From NCBI RefSeq assembly GCF_024502345.1, contig NZ_JALDNN010000001.1: DNA of 64,000 nucleotides, one strand, 5' to 3'. The notes beneath the pieces are model-generated. The model made no database searches, had not been told where the DNA came from, and saw only the letters and a list, made by a program, of their open reading frames with translations. Positions within the stretch are counted from its first letter, which is position 1; the number at the start of each line of letters is the position of its first letter. This document shows, piece after piece, positions 1-14,395 of the stretch. The translations under genes were made by a program, and so were the position numbers. This DNA comes from Escherichia coli. GTDB taxonomy: Bacteria; Pseudomonadota; Gammaproteobacteria; Enterobacterales; Enterobacteriaceae.

Positions 1-210
<210 letters not shown>

Positions 211-294
211 TCACTTCCTGCTGAATTGATTCAGGTCAGGCCAAATGGCGGTATTTTATACACAAAATGCGGGTCTGGCTCTCTTTTATACTGA

Positions 295-1197
295 TTATGA
301 AAGCATAGACCGTTTACCCTCCCTGGGTACGACGGAACAGGGGTCCTGATGGATAATCACATCCGATCCCGGAAAACGCCGTAAAATAGCCTGCTCTACC
401 TGATCCGCCACCATATGTGCCTGAACCAAAGGCAGAGAGTCTTCCATTTCCAAATGAATCTGAATAAAGCGGGTCGGCCCTGACTGCCGCGTGCGAAGAT
501 CGTGAGCGCCGCTAACACCCGGCCAGGAAGTCACGATATCAATAATTTCTTGCCGTTCCTCATCAGGCAATGCGCGATCCAGTAATGACTGTACCGCCTC
601 ATATCCCATGCGTAACGCGCTATATAAAATATAGATGCCGATTCCCAATGCAAACAGAGCATCGGCGCGATGCCAGCCGTACCAGGACAACCCCAGCGCC
701 AGCAGAATTGCGCCGTTCATCATAACATCAGACTGGTAATGTAGCATATCAGCCCGCACCGCCTGGCTTTGCGTCCGGCGCACCACCCAACGCTGAAACG
801 AGACAAGGATAATCGTACAAATTAGCGCCACAATTGTCACGATAACCCCGACGCCTGGATCTGTCATCGGTGTTGGAGATACCAGATGTTGAATACCCGT
901 CAAAAACAGGAATAGTGCCGAACCGGAGATAAACATACTTTGCGCCAGCGCCGCGAGGGACTCAGCTTTACCGTGACCAAACGAGTGATTATCGTCGGCA
1001 GGTTGCAGGGAATATCGCACCACCAGTAAATTCGTCAACGACGCGCCGATATCCACCAGCGAATCCACCAGCGCGGCGAGAATACTCACCGACCCGGTAT
1101 ACCACCATGCAAAAATTTTAATCAGCAATAGCAGCGAAGCCATCGCCGTCGCAGCAATCGCCGCCCGACTGACCAGCCGTCCATAAGATTGATTCAT
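295..1197 (-). CDS. fieF: Cation diffusion facilitator (Fe/Zn efflux), 300 aa
   Basis: ORF 295..1215; recognised FieF/YiiP sequence begins at internal Met [15 protein letters not shown] (start 1197). Confidence 0.9.
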   Translation of the reverse strand: MNQSYGRLVSRAAIAATAMASLLLLIKIFAWWYTGSVSILAALVDSLVDIGASLTNLLVVRYSLQPADDNHSFGHGKAESLAALAQSMFISGSALFLFLTGIQHLVSPTPMTDPGVGVIVTIVALICTIILVSFQRWVVRRTQSQAVRADMLHYQSDVMMNGAILLALGLSWYGWHRADALFALGIGIYILYSALRMGYEAVQSLLDRALPDEERQEIIDIVTSWPGVSGAHDLRTRQSGPTRFIQIHLEMEDSLPLVQAHMVADQVEQAILRRFPGSDVIIHQDPCSVVPREGKRSMLS

Positions 1198-1278
1198 AAA
1201 TACTCCCGCTATCAACTGACGCTAGTATAACGGAAGCAAATCATCTGCAATGCATTAAGCAGCAGGCAAATTGAGGAT

Positions 1279-1340
1279 AAAAAAAACCCCCACATCATGT
1301 GGGGGAAGACAGGGATGGTGTCTATGGCAAGGAAAACAGG
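1279..1340 (-). ncRNA. cpxQ: cpxP 3'UTR with rho-independent terminator; expected position of 3'UTR-derived sRNA CpxQ
   Basis: GC hairpin ccccacatcatgtggggg flanked by A-run/T-run at 1279-1306 directly downstream of cpxP stop; CpxQ is known to be processed from the cpxP 3' end. Ends not determinable from sequence. Confidence 0.4.
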
Positions 1341-1345
1341 GTTTA

Positions 1346-1846
1346 CTACTGGGAACGTGAGTTGCTACTACTCAATAGCTTCAACGATGAACTTTTTTGC
1401 CATTGCGTCACGTCACGCAACTGCTCCATTCGTTGTTGATGTTTCTCGTTTAAAACCGCTTGCTGCTCCGGCGTTAACAGGCGATACATTTGGTTGCGGA
1501 CTTTTGCCATCTCAACCTGACGAGCAATTTGCTCATTCGCCATTTTTTCTGCCTGTGCGCGCACAGCGTTTTCATCAAAATTTTCTGCGGTGACAAGGCG
1601 ATGCATTGTCTCCAGTTCGCTAACATTAACAGGAGGCTGTTCGTGCCGGGCCTGTTGCATAAGATCTCGCATCTGCTGACGCTGATGTTCGGTTAAACTT
1701 ATGCCGTCGAACATATGGCTCTGCGTACTGCGCTGCGTAAGTTCTTCACCCGGATGCCAGTTATCGCCTGAACCGACTTCAGCAGCGTGGCTTAATGAAC
1801 TGACTGCCAGCGTTGAGGCCATGACGGCAGCGGTAACTATGCGCAT
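1346..1846 (-). CDS. cpxP: Periplasmic Cpx-pathway inhibitor/adaptor CpxP, 166 aa
   Basis: ORF 1346..1849 ([18 protein letters not shown]...); recognised CpxP starts at second Met. Divergent from cpxR. Confidence 0.9.
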
Positions 1847-1925
1847 CATTTGCTCCCAAAATCTTTCTGTCGCGATTCAACGATAGAGAGTTTACGATTC
1901 AGGCTGCAAACATGCGTCAGGGGGT

Positions 1926-1940
1926 GTAAAACAACGTAAA
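1926..1940. promoter_or_regulatory. CpxR box (GTAAA-N5-GTAAA) in cpxP/cpxR divergent promoter region
   Basis: Sequence gtaaaacaacgtaaa at 1926-1940 matches the CpxR-P consensus tandem GTAAA repeat. Confidence 0.6.
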
Positions 1941-1995
1941 GTCATGGATTAGCGACGTCTGATGACGTAATTTCTGCCTCGGAGGTATTTAAACA

Positions 1996-2694
1996 ATGAA
2001 TAAAATCCTGTTAGTTGATGATGACCGAGAGCTGACTTCCCTATTAAAGGAGCTGCTCGAGATGGAAGGCTTCAACGTGATTGTTGCCCACGATGGGGAA
2101 CAGGCGCTTGATCTTCTGGACGACAGCATTGATTTACTTTTGCTTGACGTAATGATGCCGAAGAAAAATGGTATCGACACATTAAAAGCACTTCGCCAGA
2201 CACACCAGACGCCTGTCATTATGTTGACGGCGCGCGGCAGTGAACTTGATCGCGTTCTCGGCCTTGAGCTGGGCGCAGATGACTATCTCCCGAAACCGTT
2301 TAATGATCGTGAGCTGGTGGCACGTATTCGCGCGATCCTGCGCCGTTCGCACTGGAGCGAGCAACAGCAAAACAACGACAACGGTTCACCGACACTGGAA
2401 GTTGATGCCTTAGTGCTGAATCCAGGCCGTCAGGAAGCCAGCTTCGACGGGCAAACGCTGGAGTTAACCGGTACTGAGTTTACCCTGCTCTATTTGCTGG
2501 CACAGCATCTGGGTCAGGTGGTTTCCCGTGAACATTTAAGCCAGGAAGTGCTGGGCAAACGCCTGACGCCTTTCGACCGCGCTATTGATATGCACATTTC
2601 CAACCTGCGTCGTAAACTGCCGGATCGTAAAGATGGTCACCCGTGGTTTAAAACCTTGCGTGGTCGCGGCTATCTGATGGTTTCTGCTTCATGA
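1996..2694 (+). CDS. cpxR: Response regulator CpxR, 232 aa
   Basis: ORF MNKILLVDDDRELTSLLKELLEMEGF..., OmpR-family receiver + winged helix; overlaps cpxA start by 4 bp. Confidence 0.95.
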   Translation: MNKILLVDDDRELTSLLKELLEMEGFNVIVAHDGEQALDLLDDSIDLLLLDVMMPKKNGIDTLKALRQTHQTPVIMLTARGSELDRVLGLELGADDYLPKPFNDRELVARIRAILRRSHWSEQQQNNDNGSPTLEVDALVLNPGRQEASFDGQTLELTGTEFTLLYLLAQHLGQVVSREHLSQEVLGKRLTPFDRAIDMHISNLRRKLPDRKDGHPWFKTLRGRGYLMVSAS

Positions 2695-4064
2695 TAGGCA
2701 GCTTAACCGCGCGCATCTTCGCCATCTTCTGGCTGACGCTGGCGCTGGTGTTGATGTTGGTTTTGATGTTACCCAAGCTCGATTCACGCCAGATGACCGA
2801 GCTTCTGGATAGCGAACAGCGTCAGGGGCTGATGATTGAGCAGCATGTCGAAGCGGAGCTGGCGAACGATCCGCCCAACGATTTAATGTGGTGGCGGCGT
2901 CTGTTCCGGGCGATTGATAAGTGGGCACCGCCAGGACAGCGTTTGTTATTGGTGACCACCGAAGGCCGCGTGATCGGCGCTGAACGCAGCGAAATGCAGA
3001 TCATTCGTAACTTTATTGGTCAGGCCGATAACGCCGATCATCCGCAGAAGAAAAAGTATGGCCGCGTGGAACTGGTCGGTCCGTTCTCCGTGCGTGATGG
3101 CGAAGATAATTACCAACTTTATCTGATTCGTCCGGCCAGCAGTTCTCAATCCGATTTCATTAACTTACTGTTTGACCGCCCGCTATTACTGCTGATTGTC
3201 ACCATGCTGGTCAGTACGCCGCTGCTGTTGTGGTTGGCCTGGAGTCTGGCAAAACCGGCGCGTAAGCTGAAAAATGCTGCCGATGAAGTTGCCCAGGGAA
3301 ACTTACGCCAGCACCCGGAACTGGAAGCGGGGCCACAGGAATTCCTTGCCGCAGGTGCCAGTTTTAACCAGATGGTCACCGCGCTGGAGCGCATGATGAC
3401 CTCTCAGCAGCGTCTGCTTTCTGATATCTCTCACGAGCTGCGCACCCCGCTGACGCGTCTGCAACTGGGTACGGCGTTACTGCGCCGTCGTAGCGGTGAA
3501 AGCAAGGAACTGGAGCGTATTGAAACCGAAGCGCAACGTCTGGACAGCATGATCAACGATCTGTTGGTGATGTCACGTAATCAGCAAAAAAACGCGCTGG
3601 TAAGCGAGACCATCAAAGCCAACCAGTTGTGGGGCGAAGTGCTGGATAACGCGGCGTTCGAAGCCGAGCAAATGGGCAAGTCGTTGACGGTTAACTTCCC
3701 GCCTGGGCCGTGGCCGCTGTACGGCAATCCGAACGCCCTGGAAAGTGCGCTGGAAAACATTGTTCGTAATGCTCTGCGTTATTCCCATACGAAGATTGAA
3801 GTGGGCTTTGCGGTAGATAAAGACGGTATCACCATTACGGTGGACGACGATGGTCCTGGCGTTAGCCCGGAAGATCGCGAACAGATTTTCCGTCCGTTCT
3901 ATCGGACCGATGAAGCACGCGATCGTGAATCTGGCGGTACAGGATTGGGGCTGGCGATTGTTGAAACCGCCATTCAGCAGCATCGTGGCTGGGTTAAAGC
4001 AGAAGACAGCCCGCTGGGCGGTTTACGGCTGGTGATTTGGTTGCCGCTGTATAAGCGGAGTTAA
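2691..4064 (+). CDS. cpxA: Sensor histidine kinase CpxA, 457 aa
   Basis: ORF with TM segments, HAMP, H-box SHELRTPLTRL and ATPase motifs. Confidence 0.95.
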   Translation: MIGSLTARIFAIFWLTLALVLMLVLMLPKLDSRQMTELLDSEQRQGLMIEQHVEAELANDPPNDLMWWRRLFRAIDKWAPPGQRLLLVTTEGRVIGAERSEMQIIRNFIGQADNADHPQKKKYGRVELVGPFSVRDGEDNYQLYLIRPASSSQSDFINLLFDRPLLLLIVTMLVSTPLLLWLAWSLAKPARKLKNAADEVAQGNLRQHPELEAGPQEFLAAGASFNQMVTALERMMTSQQRLLSDISHELRTPLTRLQLGTALLRRRSGESKELERIETEAQRLDSMINDLLVMSRNQQKNALVSETIKANQLWGEVLDNAAFEAEQMGKSLTVNFPPGPWPLYGNPNALESALENIVRNALRYSHTKIEVGFAVDKDGITITVDDDGPGVSPEDREQIFRPFYRTDEARDRESGGTGLGLAIVETAIQQHRGWVKAEDSPLGGLRLVIWLPLYKRS

Positions 4065-4074
4065 ACTCCGCATT

Positions 4075-4156
4075 TGTAGGCAGGATAAGGCGTTTACGCC
4101 GCATCCGGCATTTGAGCAGGATGCCTGATGCGACGCTGATAGCGTCTTATCAGGCC
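4075..4156. repeat. REP/BIME palindromic element
   Basis: Paired inverted REP-like units (ggataaggcgtttacgccgcatccggca / gcctgatgcgacgc...cttatcaggcctac) between cpxA and yiiM. Confidence 0.7.
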
Positions 4157-4169
4157 TACACTCCGGGGG

Positions 4170-4844
4170 TTATTTTCCCCACAACCGGCGGGAAAAATCT
4201 TCGATCTTGCCGCTCAGTCGGCGCTTTTGCATCGTCCGCGTCCAGCTTTTCGATAACCCGGCGGCGGAGAGTAAACGGTGATATTGATCGTCATCAAACG
4301 GCATATGCCATGCGATGGCGGCAGCCTCCTGCACGGTCACATCGCTGACACGGGAAACCAACTCCAGCGGCGCGTCCGCAGACACTTTCCCTGGCGCTAT
4401 CACGCTATACAACCACCCCACTTTACCCGTGTTTTGCATCAACTGCGCTATATCGCTGATATCAAAATGGTAATTGAGTTTATAGCAAGGCGAGCGCGGC
4501 TGGCTGACCTGAATTAATGCCTCTCCCCAGCGGAAAATATCGCCAATATAAACATTACTTTCCGTGAGACCGTCGGTTGAGAGATTTTCGCCAAACGCAG
4601 GCGCAACAAACAACTCCGCCTGTTCCGGAAATTCCCGCGCCCAGTAGAGATAATGCTCACGAGGATAATGACACAGCGCTCTGTCTGGCCCGCCGTGAAC
4701 CTTTTTCTCCGCCTGCTCGTCACCTTCCAGCCCCAGCTCCGTCAGCATCAACTCACCATCAACCTGGATTTTAGCAATTGCGCTGGGTTTGCCTTCGGGA
4801 TAAGCCTGAATCTTGCCTGTGTATACATCAACCGGATATCGCAT
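4170..4844 (-). CDS. yiiM: MOSC-domain protein YiiM, 224 aa
   Basis: ORF 4170..4874; recognised protein begins MRYPVDVYTGKIQAYPEG (internal Met at 4844). Confidence 0.85.
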   Translation of the reverse strand: MRYPVDVYTGKIQAYPEGKPSAIAKIQVDGELMLTELGLEGDEQAEKKVHGGPDRALCHYPREHYLYWAREFPEQAELFVAPAFGENLSTDGLTESNVYIGDIFRWGEALIQVSQPRSPCYKLNYHFDISDIAQLMQNTGKVGWLYSVIAPGKVSADAPLELVSRVSDVTVQEAAAIAWHMPFDDDQYHRLLSAAGLSKSWTRTMQKRRLSGKIEDFSRRLWGK

Positions 4845-4992
4845 CTGTTCCCTCTCCACGAGAAATTTCCCCATTAGACCATATTTATTTTATGTCAGGC
4901 GTGCTGTTTTCGCGGTAAGTATCCAGGCAGGACCTCAATAGCAAACCGGACGAACGTTAGTTCATCCGGCGGTGGGGATTAAGGAAGCAGGT

Positions 4993-5976
4993 TTATTTCA
5001 CCGTACCTAAAATTTCGATTTTCGCCGCTCTGGCTTTGACTTTACGTGACCAGATAGAGGTAAGAATTGGCACCAGAATCGAAGTCACAATGACTGCCGT
5101 CGCTACCAGCGAAGTTGCTGCCGGAGCCATCGGTTTAAACGCAGGCACCATTTCTGCAATCAGCACAGGTGTCGCTACCGCGGCCCCTGCGGAACTGGAA
5201 GCGGCAATTCCGGCAGTGCCATCGCCACCGCCAATCAATTTATCGGCGATAATCAACGGAATACCGGTCACGATAATTACTGCCACACCCAACAGGATCC
5301 CCAGCAAACCTGTCTGGGCAATTACAGTCAAATCAATGGTATTGCCCAGTGCGAAGGCAAAGAATGGAATCAGCGTCTGCACCGCTTTGCTGAAAAATTC
5401 TCGTAATTCAGGGTCAAGGTTCCCCAGGGCAAAGCCCACCAGGAACGGTAATACTGCGCCGACGAAAACATGCGGTTCAAACGAGGCAATCCCGGCAGTG
5501 CCCAGAATAATCATCGTCATGAGCGGCCCGGACTCCAACGACATCAACACAAATGCCCCAGCTTCTTCTTTTGTGCCGTACTGCTGCATGATGGAAGCGT
5601 AAAGTCCGCCGTTGGTCATATCCATCGCCGCCACCAGCGCCAGCGTTGAAAGTCCGGCAAAGAATCCAACTTCAACACCATGTTCCGGAATAATGCGCGA
5701 GGCAATTGCCGCAACCACCCACGCGACGGCAATTTTAGTTACCACCAGCGTACCGGATTTACGCAGTACCGTTCCCGTCGCGCTTAATTTTATTGACGCC
5801 CCCATGCAAAAAAACCACACCGCCAGAATGGGCACCGTACCGGTAATCATCCCGTTGGTGAATGATCCAAAATATTTCCCCGCCCCCGGCGAGAAGGTGT
5901 GGCACAGTGCGCCAAGGAATAGCGGGACGAGCATCATCCCCCCCGGGATTTTCTCAATCGAGTGTTTTATCTGCAT
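4993..5976 (-). CDS. kdgT: 2-keto-3-deoxygluconate permease, 327 aa
   Basis: ORF 4993..5985; recognised KdgT begins [20 protein letters not shown]; polytopic membrane protein. Confidence 0.9.
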   Translation of the reverse strand: MQIKHSIEKIPGGMMLVPLFLGALCHTFSPGAGKYFGSFTNGMITGTVPILAVWFFCMGASIKLSATGTVLRKSGTLVVTKIAVAWVVAAIASRIIPEHGVEVGFFAGLSTLALVAAMDMTNGGLYASIMQQYGTKEEAGAFVLMSLESGPLMTMIILGTAGIASFEPHVFVGAVLPFLVGFALGNLDPELREFFSKAVQTLIPFFAFALGNTIDLTVIAQTGLLGILLGVAVIIVTGIPLIIADKLIGGGDGTAGIAASSSAGAAVATPVLIAEMVPAFKPMAPAATSLVATAVIVTSILVPILTSIWSRKVKARAAKIEILGTVK

Positions 5977-6151
5977 TTCCATCACCTGTCGGCATATTTT
6001 TAAGGGCTGATGCGTAATTCCTCAATGGAGCATCAGTGTTGATGGAAACGAAGATAGACATTCATTTAATCAATAAAAGTGATCAAAACCACATCAATTG
6101 AAACGCTGTTTTATTTTTATCGGATCATTGTTTTTATTTTGAAATTGATCA

Positions 6152-6190
6152 CAAAAAAACCACCGCCATTGGCGATGGTTCATTTTTTAA
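6152..6190 (-). terminator. Rho-independent terminator downstream of sodA
   Basis: Hairpin accaccgcc-att-ggcgatggt with flanking A-run and T-run, 46 bp past sodA stop. Confidence 0.5.
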
Positions 6191-6235
6191 GCTGATATGC
6201 GGCGTAAACGCCTCATTGCAGCAGACGGCAAATGA

Positions 6236-6856
6236 TTATTTTTTCGCCGCGAAACGTGCCGCTGCTTCGTCCCAGTTCACCACGTTCCAGAACTCTTTGA
6301 TGTAGTCCGGACGGCGGTTCTGGAATTTCAGGTAGTAAGCATGTTCCCACACATCCAGGCCCAGAATCGGGAAGCCGGAAGCGCCAGAAATAGCTTCACC
6401 CATCAGCGGGGAGTCCTGGTTAGCAGTAGAAACCACCGCCAGTTTATCGCCTTTCAGCACCAGCCATGCCCAGCCGGAACCAAAGCGGGAAGCTGCCGCT
6501 TTCTCAAATTCTGCTTTGAAGTTATCTACGGAACCGAAATCACGTTCGATAGCCGCTTTCAGGTCACCCTGCAGGGTGGTGCCTTTTTTCAGACCTTTCC
6601 AGAACAGGCTGTGGTTAGCGTGACCGCCAGCGTTGTTGCGCAGTACGGTTTTCTTGTCTGCTGGCAGCTGGTCCAGTTTGGTGATCAGCTCTTCAACCGG
6701 CAGGTTGGCAAATTCTGGCAGGCTTTCCAACGCCGCGTTGGCGTTGTTGACGTAGGTCTGATGGTGTTTGGTGTGGTGGATTTCCATGGTCTGCTTATCG
6801 AAGTGCGGTTCCAGGGCATCGTAAGCATACGGCAGGGATGGCAGGGTATAGCTCAT
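6236..6856 (-). CDS. sodA: Manganese superoxide dismutase, 206 aa
   Basis: ORF 6236..6862; [38 protein letters not shown] matches SodA. Confidence 0.95.
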   Translation of the reverse strand: MSYTLPSLPYAYDALEPHFDKQTMEIHHTKHHQTYVNNANAALESLPEFANLPVEELITKLDQLPADKKTVLRNNAGGHANHSLFWKGLKKGTTLQGDLKAAIERDFGSVDNFKAEFEKAAASRFGSGWAWLVLKGDKLAVVSTANQDSPLMGEAISGASGFPILGLDVWEHAYYLKFQNRRPDYIKEFWNVVNWDEAAARFAAKK

Positions 6857-6913
6857 ATTCATCTCCAGTATTGTCGGGCGGCCGATTGTTAATGCCGCGT
6901 AAGCAGTTGGTTC

Positions 6914-6949
6914 ATTATAGTTAATTAAATGATATTGAAAATGATTATC
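6914..6949 (-). promoter_or_regulatory. sodA promoter -10 (tataat) overlapping an AT-rich Fur-box-like operator
   Basis: Minus-strand reading gataatcattttcaatatcatttaattaactataat, iron-box-like hexamer repeats overlapping the -10. Confidence 0.5.
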
Positions 6950-7140
6950 AATGCCGCACTTTTCGTAAGGGTATGGTTTTGCAGGAAAATGCCCGAGATG
7001 TGAAGCAAATCACCCACTTAATGCCGTGATTGCCAGTAAATCGACAACGGCGGCAACAGGCGAAAGGTTAATCGACAGCACGATTTTTACACTCATCTCG
7101 TCGGAGATGTGACGCGACGAAAAATGATGAGGATAAGAAG

Positions 7141-8175
7141 ATGAGTAACGCGATTACGATGGGGATATTTTGGCATTTGATCGGCGCGGCCAGTGCAGCC
7201 TGTTTTTACGCTCCGTTCAAAAAAGTAAAAAAATGGTCATGGGAAACCATGTGGTCAGTCGGTGGGATTGTTTCGTGGATTATTCTGCCGTGGGCCATCA
7301 GCGCCCTGTTACTACCGAATTTCTGGGCGTATTACAGCTCGTTTAGTCTCTCTACGCTGCTGCCTGTTTTTCTGTTCGGCGCTATGTGGGGGATCGGTAA
7401 TATCAACTACGGCCTGACCATGCGTTATCTCGGCATGTCGATGGGAATTGGCATCGCCATTGGCATTACGTTGATTGTCGGTACGCTGATGACGCCAATT
7501 ATCAACGGCAATTTCGATGTGTTGATTAGCACCGAAGGCGGACGCATGACGTTGCTCGGCGTTCTGGTGGCGCTGATTGGCGTAGGGATTGTAACTCGAG
7601 CCGGGCAGTTGAAAGAGCGCAAGATGGGCATTAAAGCCGAAGAGTTCAATCTGAAAAAAGGACTGGTGCTGGCGGTGATGTGCGGCATTTTCTCTGCCGG
7701 GATGTCCTTTGCGATGAACGCCGCAAAACCGATGCATGAAGCCGCTGCCGCACTAGGCGTCGATCCACTGTATGTCGCTCTGCCAAGCTATGTTGTCATC
7801 ATGGGCGGCGGCGCGATCATTAACCTCGGTTTCTGTTTTATTCGTCTGGCAAAAGTGAAGGATTTGTCGCTAAAAGCCGACTTCTCGCTGGCAAAACCGC
7901 TGATCATTCACAATGTGTTACTCTCGGCACTGGGCGGGTTGATGTGGTATCTGCAATTCTTTTTCTATGCCTGGGGCCACGCCCGCATTCCGGCGCAGTA
8001 TGACTACATCAGTTGGATGCTGCATATGAGTTTCTATGTATTGTGCGGCGGTATCGTCGGGCTGGTGCTGAAAGAGTGGAACAATGCAGGACGCCGTCCG
8101 GTAACGGTGTTGAGCCTCGGTTGTGTGGTGATTATTGTCGCCGCTAACATCGTCGGCATCGGCATGGCGAATTAA
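7141..8175 (+). CDS. rhaT: L-rhamnose:H+ symporter, 344 aa
   Basis: [32 protein letters not shown]..., 10-TM permease; convergent with rhaR. Confidence 0.95.
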   Translation: MSNAITMGIFWHLIGAASAACFYAPFKKVKKWSWETMWSVGGIVSWIILPWAISALLLPNFWAYYSSFSLSTLLPVFLFGAMWGIGNINYGLTMRYLGMSMGIGIAIGITLIVGTLMTPIINGNFDVLISTEGGRMTLLGVLVALIGVGIVTRAGQLKERKMGIKAEEFNLKKGLVLAVMCGIFSAGMSFAMNAAKPMHEAAAALGVDPLYVALPSYVVIMGGGAIINLGFCFIRLAKVKDLSLKADFSLAKPLIIHNVLLSALGGLMWYLQFFFYAWGHARIPAQYDYISWMLHMSFYVLCGGIVGLVLKEWNNAGRRPVTVLSLGCVVIIVAANIVGIGMAN

Positions 8176-9020
8176 TCTTTCTGCGAATTGAGATGGCGCC
8201 ACTGGCTGGGCGTCATCCCGGTTTCCCGGGTAAACACCACCGAAAAATAGTTACTATCTTCAAAGCCACATTCGGTCGAAATATCACTGATTAACAGGCG
8301 GCTATGCTGGAGAAGATATTGCGCATGACACACTCTGACCTGCCGCAGATATTGATTGATGGTCATTCCAGTCTGCTGGCGAAATTGCTGACGCAAAACG
8401 CGCTCACTGCACGATGCCTCATCACAAAATTTATCCAGCGCAAAGGGACTTTTCAGGCTAGCCGCCAACCGGGTAATCAGCTTATCCAGCAACGTTTCGC
8501 TGGATGTTGGCGGCAACGAATCACTGGTGTAACGATGGCGATTCAGCAACATCACCAACTGCCCGAACAGCAACTCTGCCATTTCGTTAGCAAACGGCAC
8601 ATGCTGACTACTTTCATGCTCAAGCTGACCGATAACCTGCCGCGCCTGTGCCATCCCCATGCTACCTAAGCGCCAGTGTGGTTGCCCTGCGCTGACGCTA
8701 AATCCCGGAATCGCCCCCTGCCAGTCAAGATTCAGCTTCAGCCGCTCCGGGCAATAAATAATATTCTGCAAAACCAGATCGTTAACGGAAGCGTAGGAGT
8801 GTTTATCGTCAGCATGAATGTAAAAGAGATCGCCACGGGTAATGCGATAAGGGCGATCGTTGAGTACATGCAGACCATTACCGCGCCAGACAATCACCAG
8901 CTCACAAAAATCATGTGTATGTTCAGCAAAGACATCTTGCGGATAACGGTCAGCCACAGCGACTGCCTGCTGGTCGCTGGCAAAAAAATCATCTTTGAGA
9001 AGTTTTAACTGATGCGCCAC
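8172..9020 (-). CDS. rhaR: AraC-family activator RhaR, 282 aa from GTG start (a 312-aa form from ATG at 9110 is also possible)
   Basis: ORF track extends to 9194; the GTG at 9018-9020 gives [17 protein letters not shown]..., the RhaR N-terminus as I recall it, and sits 74 nt downstream of the rhaS stop. Confidence 0.85.
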   Translation of the reverse strand: MAHQLKLLKDDFFASDQQAVAVADRYPQDVFAEHTHDFCELVIVWRGNGLHVLNDRPYRITRGDLFYIHADDKHSYASVNDLVLQNIIYCPERLKLNLDWQGAIPGFSVSAGQPHWRLGSMGMAQARQVIGQLEHESSQHVPFANEMAELLFGQLVMLLNRHRYTSDSLPPTSSETLLDKLITRLAASLKSPFALDKFCDEASCSERVLRQQFRQQTGMTINQYLRQVRVCHAQYLLQHSRLLISDISTECGFEDSNYFSVVFTRETGMTPSQWRHLNSQKD

Positions 9021-9093
9021 CGTGGCTACCTCGGCCAGAGAACGAAGTTGATTATTCGCAATATGGCGTACAAATACGTTGAGAAGATTCGCG

Positions 9094-9930
9094 TTATTGC
9101 AGAAAACCATCCCGTCCCTGACGAATATCACGCGGTGACCAGTTAAACTCTCGGCGAAAAAGCGTCGAAAAGTGGTTACTGTCGCTGAATCCACAGCGAT
9201 AGGCGATGTCAGTAACGCTGGCCTCGCTGTGGCGTAGCAGATGTCGGGCTTTCATCAGTCGCAGGCGATTCAGGTATCGCTGAGGCGTCAGTCCCGTTTG
9301 CTGCTTAAGCTGCCGATGTAGCGTACGCAGTGAAAGAGAAAATTGATCCGCCACGGCATCCCAATTCACCTCATCGGCAAAATGGTCCTCCAGCCAGGCC
9401 AGAAGCAAGTTGAGACGTGATGCGCTGTTTTCCAGGTTCTCCTGCAAACTGCTTTTACGCAGCAAGAGCAGTAATTGCATAAACAAGATCTCGCGACTGG
9501 CGGTCGAGGGTAAATCATTTACCCCTTCCTGCTGTTCCATCTGTGCAACCAGCTGTCGCACCTGCTGCAATACGCTGTGGTTAACGCGCCAGTGGGAAGG
9601 ATACTGTCCGTCCTGCTCTTGTGGCAGCAACTGATTCAGCCCGGCGAGAAACTGAAATCGATCCGGCGAGCGATACAGCACATTAGTCAGACACAGATTA
9701 TCGGTATGTTCATACAGATGCCGATCATGGTCGCGCACAAAACAGACCGTGCCACCGGTGATGGTATAGGGCTGCCCATTAAACACATGAATACCCGTGC
9801 CATGTTCGACAATCACAATTTCATGAAAATCATGATGATGTTCAGGAAAATCCGCCTGCGGGAGCCGGGGTTCTATCGCCACGGACGCGTTACCAGACGG
9901 AAAAAAATCCACACTATGTAATACGGTCAT
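9094..9930 (-). CDS. rhaS: AraC-family activator RhaS, 278 aa
   Basis: [44 protein letters not shown]..., cupin + HTH. Confidence 0.95.
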   Translation of the reverse strand: MTVLHSVDFFPSGNASVAIEPRLPQADFPEHHHDFHEIVIVEHGTGIHVFNGQPYTITGGTVCFVRDHDRHLYEHTDNLCLTNVLYRSPDRFQFLAGLNQLLPQEQDGQYPSHWRVNHSVLQQVRQLVAQMEQQEGVNDLPSTASREILFMQLLLLLRKSSLQENLENSASRLNLLLAWLEDHFADEVNWDAVADQFSLSLRTLHRQLKQQTGLTPQRYLNRLRLMKARHLLRHSEASVTDIAYRCGFSDSNHFSTLFRREFNWSPRDIRQGRDGFLQ

Positions 9931-12943
<3,013 letters not shown>

Positions 12944-12947
12944 ACAC

Positions 12948-13190
12948 TGCCGGATGCGGCACAAGTGCCTTATCCGGCCTACAGGTCGGCAACAGTTTTA
13001 GGCCTGATAAGACGCGACATCGCATCAGGCATTGATTGCCGGATGCGGCACAAGTGCCTTATCCGGCCTACAGGTCGGCAATAGTTGTAGGCCTGATAAG
13101 ACGCGACAGCGTCGCATCAGGCATTGATTGCCGGATGCGGCACGAGCGCCTTATCCGGCCTACGGGTCGTGCATCCGACAACACCGAATT
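12948..13190. repeat. REP/BIME cluster, roughly 100-bp unit present in about 2.5 tandem copies
   Basis: Unit ccggatgcggcacaagtgccttatccggcctacaggtcggcaa...gtaggcctgataagacgcgac...gcatcaggcattgatt repeated between rhaA and rhaD. Confidence 0.75.
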
Positions 13191-13206
13191 TACAGGAACA
13201 CAGAAC

Positions 13207-14031
13207 ATGCAAAATATTACCCAGTCCTGGTTTGTCCAGGGAATGATTAAAGCCACCTCCGACGCCTGGCTGAAAGGCTGGGACGAGCGCAACGGCGGCA
13301 ACCTGACGCTACGCCTGGATGACGCCGATATCGCACCATATCACGACAATTTCCACCAACAACCGCGCTATATCCCGCTCAGCCAGCCCATGCCTTTACT
13401 GGCAAATACACCGTTTATTGTCACCGGCTCGGGCAAATTCTTCCGTAACGTCCAGCTTGATCCTGCGGCTAACTTAGGCATCGTAAAAGTCGACAGCGAC
13501 GGCGCGGGCTACCACATTCTTTGGGGGTTAACCAACGAAGCCGTTCCCACTTCTGAACTTCCGGCTCACTTCCTTTCCCACTGCGAGCGCATTAAAGCCA
13601 CCAACAGTAAAGATCGGGTGATCATGCACTGCCACGCCACCAACCTGATCGCCCTCACCTATGTACTTGAAAACGACACCGCGGTCTTCACTCGCCAACT
13701 GTGGGAAGGCAGCACCGAGTGTCTGGTGGTATTCCCGGATGGCGTTGGCATTCTGCCGTGGATGGTACCCGGCACGGACGAAATCGGCCAGGCAACTGCC
13801 CAAGAGATGCAAAAACATTCGCTGGTGTTGTGGCCCTTCCACGGTGTGTTCGGTTCCGGACCGACGCTGGATGAAACCTTTGGTTTGATAGATACCGCAG
13901 AGAAATCAGCGGAAGTATTAGTGAAGGTTTATTCGATGGGCGGCATGAAACAGACTATCAGCCGTGAAGAGTTGATAGCGCTCGGCCAGCGTTTCGGCGT
14001 TACACCACTCGCCAGTGCGCTGGCGCTGTAA
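13207..14031 (+). CDS. rhaD: Rhamnulose-1-phosphate aldolase, 274 aa
   Basis: Internal Met [24 protein letters not shown] at 13207; the upstream part of ORF 13036..14031 reads through REP repeats and is not coding. Confidence 0.95.
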   Translation: MQNITQSWFVQGMIKATSDAWLKGWDERNGGNLTLRLDDADIAPYHDNFHQQPRYIPLSQPMPLLANTPFIVTGSGKFFRNVQLDPAANLGIVKVDSDGAGYHILWGLTNEAVPTSELPAHFLSHCERIKATNSKDRVIMHCHATNLIALTYVLENDTAVFTRQLWEGSTECLVVFPDGVGILPWMVPGTDEIGQATAQEMQKHSLVLWPFHGVFGSGPTLDETFGLIDTAEKSAEVLVKVYSMGGMKQTISREELIALGQRFGVTPLASALAL

Positions 14032-14040
14032 GGAGCAAAC

Positions 14041-14355
14041 ATGATCCGCAAAGCCTTTGTCATGCAGGTAAACCCCGACGCCCACGAAGAGTATCAGCGT
14101 CGGCATAACCCCATCTGGCCGGAACTGGAAGCAGTGCTGAAATCTCACGGTGCGCATAACTACGCCATCTATCTCGACAAAGCGCGTAATCTGCTGTTTG
14201 CCATGGTAGAGATTGAATCTGAAGAACGCTGGAATGCGGTTGCCAGTACTGATGTTTGCCAACGTTGGTGGAAATATATGACCGATGTTATGCCCGCTAA
14301 CCCGGATAACAGCCCGGTGAGTAGCGAGCTGCAAGAAGTGTTTTACCTGCCTTAA
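14041..14355 (+). CDS. rhaM: L-rhamnose mutarotase, 104 aa
   Basis: [49 protein letters not shown]... Confidence 0.9.
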
Positions 14356-14361
14356 TGAGTT

Positions 14362-14390
14362 GCGGTGCCGGAAAATATCCAGCACCGCGC
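14362..14390. terminator. Bidirectional hairpin between convergent rhaM and porin gene
   Basis: gcggtgc-cggaaaatatcca-gcaccgc inverted repeat in the 40-bp gap between the two stops. Confidence 0.45.
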
Positions 14391-14395
14391 CTTCA

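Noticed and set aside
13036-13206. N-terminal 57-codon extension of rhaD in the ORF track
   Set aside because: The extension is a translation of REP/BIME repeats; the recognised RhaD N-terminus begins at the ATG at 13207.
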